Shown here: piece by piece, positions 61,431-64,000 of the stretch
How the letters are laid out: the number at the start of each line of letters is the position of its first letter
Position numbering within the stretch: position 1 is the stretch's first letter
From: an uncultured virus (IMG/VR IMGVR_UViG_3300033075_001711)
Taxonomy: Duplodnaviria > Heunggongvirae > Uroviricota > Caudoviricetes
Virus record (IMG/VR): IMGVR_UViG_3300033075_001711
Reading direction: 5' to 3' (one strand)
DNA: 64,000 nt
The notes under the pieces: generated by a model
What the model was told of the DNA's origin: nothing
The model's database searches: none
What the model saw: the letters and a program-made list of their open reading frames with translations, nothing else
Position numbers and translations under genes: made by a program

Positions 61431-63897
61431 AATCATTGGGATGATATGAGAATATTCCACAAAAAGGAATCTCCTTAACTAATTTCCACACAAATGGTTC
61501 TTTAGAATATTCACCATATCTTTCTTCTGCTAGCGCCCACAGGAAAGATTCAAGTTTTTCTAGTGTTGTGAAGACACCCATAAATTTATCTGTGTCTTCC
61601 ATATCACATCCATTTTCCATTAAAACTAAAACTTTCATTTATTGAATCTCCTTTAAATCTGTTAGAGCTAGAGCTAGAGCTAAATCAAAATCAAGGATCA
61701 CGTCATTTCCGAAGACCCCCAAATAATTTTTGCTGTTAAAAAAGGAAGTTTCATAATTTACTATGAGATTCTTAACTGTTGTTTCCGTTATAATCTGGAT
61801 CGAAGGTGCTCCAGACAAAGTTTCCGATTTTTGTTTCAATGTAGAATTTGTTTCCAAAATCCCATGTGAATTCGCCAACAAGATTTAAAAATGATTCTCG
61901 TGTCATACAGTTTTTTCCTCCTGCCCCTGTTCGGGATGTTCTGGATTAAAATAAGATTCAACAACGTAAAACGTATCTGAAAACACTTTACATTCCCAAT
62001 AACGTTTTAATTTACCTAAAGTATAGTGATAAATGTTAAGACCTAGAGGGAGATTTTCAATATACGAATTTGTATTTTCAGTTACAACACAGGGTTTAAA
62101 ATCAAAACTATTAATTTTTAAAATTTCTTGAATATTTTCGATTTCATATTGTAAATCTTCTTTCACGAAAAATTCTTTAATTGCTGAATCTATTTGTTTT
62201 TCGTTTTCAAAAATTCCTAAAAAATTATCAGTGTCATCAGTATCAACTGCGCGCAAAAAGAGAGTATAAATTTTCATACTATTTCTCCTTCCTCTAATAC
62301 ATAGAGATGTTCAGGAATATTGTCTGAGTAATGATACCAGGCATTTACATAGTCTTTTGACAAATGTTTATACCAAACAGATAAATTATTTTCAAAATCT
62401 TTTTCTATAATCTCGATTTTATTTTTAGTGTGTGGATTATATACAATCATTCCAACTTGTAGTTGATCAAAATTATATTCTGACAATTTTTTCATACTTA
62501 GTTTTTAACTCCTAGCTCTATTTACTAAATTTGTTGCTGTTTCAAACATTAAACGAACATCTGAGGTATTAGGATAAAATACTGGATTGTTTAGAATTTC
62601 TGAATTGTTTCAATATTCATCTGAAAATTCCTCTAATCTAAAATTATTTAAAATGTAAATGGAGAAATCATTTTTCCTTTTTAGATCCGGAGTTACCTGA
62701 ATTTACTAAAGCCATTAAAAAATCTCCAGATATGCACAAAAAAATAACACATAAAATAAAAATGCAAAAAGCTCCCAGAGAGCTTAAGCTTTGCCAAAAC
62801 TGTAGTGCAATATTAAACAAATTAACAATAAATTCTAAAAAATTCATCTATTTATTCTCCCATGAAATTTTTTATTTTTCCACTTACATAAGGTAGAGTA
62901 GTTAATTTAGTCCCTATTAGAGATAAAATTACCTTTTTAACCCAGGCTGGATATGAATTTAAAGCTGCTCTTTCATTTTCTGATAAAAATATTTTTTCAA
63001 CACTATCTAATACTTTATCCATTAAAACAATTTGTTCTTGTGAAATGGGTTGAGGTTTAACATAATTATCTAGGCCCCAATTTTCTATGTTACCTAAAAA
63101 ATTCTCAGCATAATTAAACACTTTTTCATATGAGGGACATTCATTTTCACACTCAATTATTTCTCCAGTTTTAATATGTGGTTTAACTCCAAAATATCTT
63201 GAATATTTAGTTCGGGCATGTTCTAAAAATTGAGAAAGATAATTGTTTGGAATTAACACCCAAGGCCCTAGCCAAGGGCTCCCACCAGCCGCAATATCCG
63301 CTCTGTCGTTATACTCGTGAACAAACCAAACCTGAGTAGCTAAATAGGACATTTACGCACACTCCTTGTGATATGTTATGGTTATAACATTGAATGAGGG
63401 GGTTGTCAAGAGGTTGTTAGTAAAAATTTTTAATCCACAAACTCTGTGTTTTTTGTTATCATATCATTGCTTTCAACAGTAACAACGGCATCATCTTCTG
63501 GGATGATTATTAATTCTTTTGCTTTGCAAGGTAAAAATACACCTGCCTTACCTTTAGGAGATTTAAGAACTTCTCCATCCCAATGCCACTCTTTATTTTT
63601 AACATATCCAGGAGCTAATGTTTTAAGTTTAGCTTTTCTTCCAGCATAGTTTCTAGTAGTTTGGTTAAAAGAGCTAGCAATTGTGTTTATTTTACAGAGT
63701 TCAGTAAACAATTCAGGATATTTCTCTTCTACTAATCGGAGTAGGATAGGAACTTCTTCTTTTTGATAAGTTGTAATTACATCTCCTGTAAAAAGAGCTG
63801 TTGGTCGGCCTTTGACAATTTTGTCTAATAGATTTAAATTCCAGATATTTTTAGGAATAAATTGTTTGTTTATGCACTCATTCTCATTTAGAACCAT
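61360..63897 (-). other. hypothetical genes (61360-61638, 61639-61881, 61903-62277, 62274-62495, 62852-63352, 63430 to >63897)
   Basis: co-directional ORFs; promoter TTGACA-N17-TATAAC at 63381-63409. Confidence 0.7.
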
Positions 63898-64000
63898 ATG
63901 AATGTGAGCTGTGGGTAAGTAAATAAAATCTCCAATTTCATAGATTTTTTTGTTGTCAGAAGAAAGTACATTTAGATGATCTTTATATTTTGTTTCGGTA

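Noticed and set aside
1896..63649. Many antisense ORFs in the track (e.g. 18451-18972, 31728-32234, 48714-49226, 52844-53449)
   Set aside because: They lie fully opposite better-supported genes with RBSs and motifs; shadow ORFs
1..64000. Stop-codon recoding
   Set aside because: Genes tile densely in code 11 with TAA, TAG and TGA all used as ends before RBS-led starts; no suppressor tRNA found

Overview
This is an AT-rich segment of a large (jumbo-type) dsDNA phage genome read in the standard code. It has no recognisable structural or core replication genes. All calls were made by eye, with no searches or folding run. Layout: (i) 1-7.1 kb, a minus-strand run of small genes including a HAD phosphatase, two macro-domain proteins, a 2H phosphoesterase and a Zn deaminase. 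(ii) 7.1-7.9 kb, an AT-rich direct-repeat tract. (iii) 7.9-14.5 kb, an almost ORF-free RNA island driven by several sigma70-type promoters. It holds 7 tRNAs, a Leu-like tRNA with a ~60-nt insert, a circularly permuted YrlA/Y-RNA-like tRNA mimic plus three sister stems with covarying helices, three solitary CRISPR-repeat-like units and a ~750-nt candidate large ncRNA. (iv) 16.5-22 kb, five otherwise dissimilar proteins with a similar hydrophobic/basic C-terminal tail, four of them with YKMLK. (v) 22.9-55.5 kb, an early/accessory region cut into promoter-to-terminator modules by 15 copies of an intergenic element. Its core CCACGGANRTGG is flanked by a sigma54-like -24/-12 box and/or an orphan TTGACA. 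This region also carries a promoter-driven array of 8-17 aa micro-ORFs (MNRIRDQT, MNNIRDSPV, MNNIRDSP, MIRAPP...) resembling ribosome-arrest motifs. (vi) 56-64 kb, a secreted glycoside-hydrolase-like protein, HNH and LAGLIDADG endonucleases and hypothetical genes.
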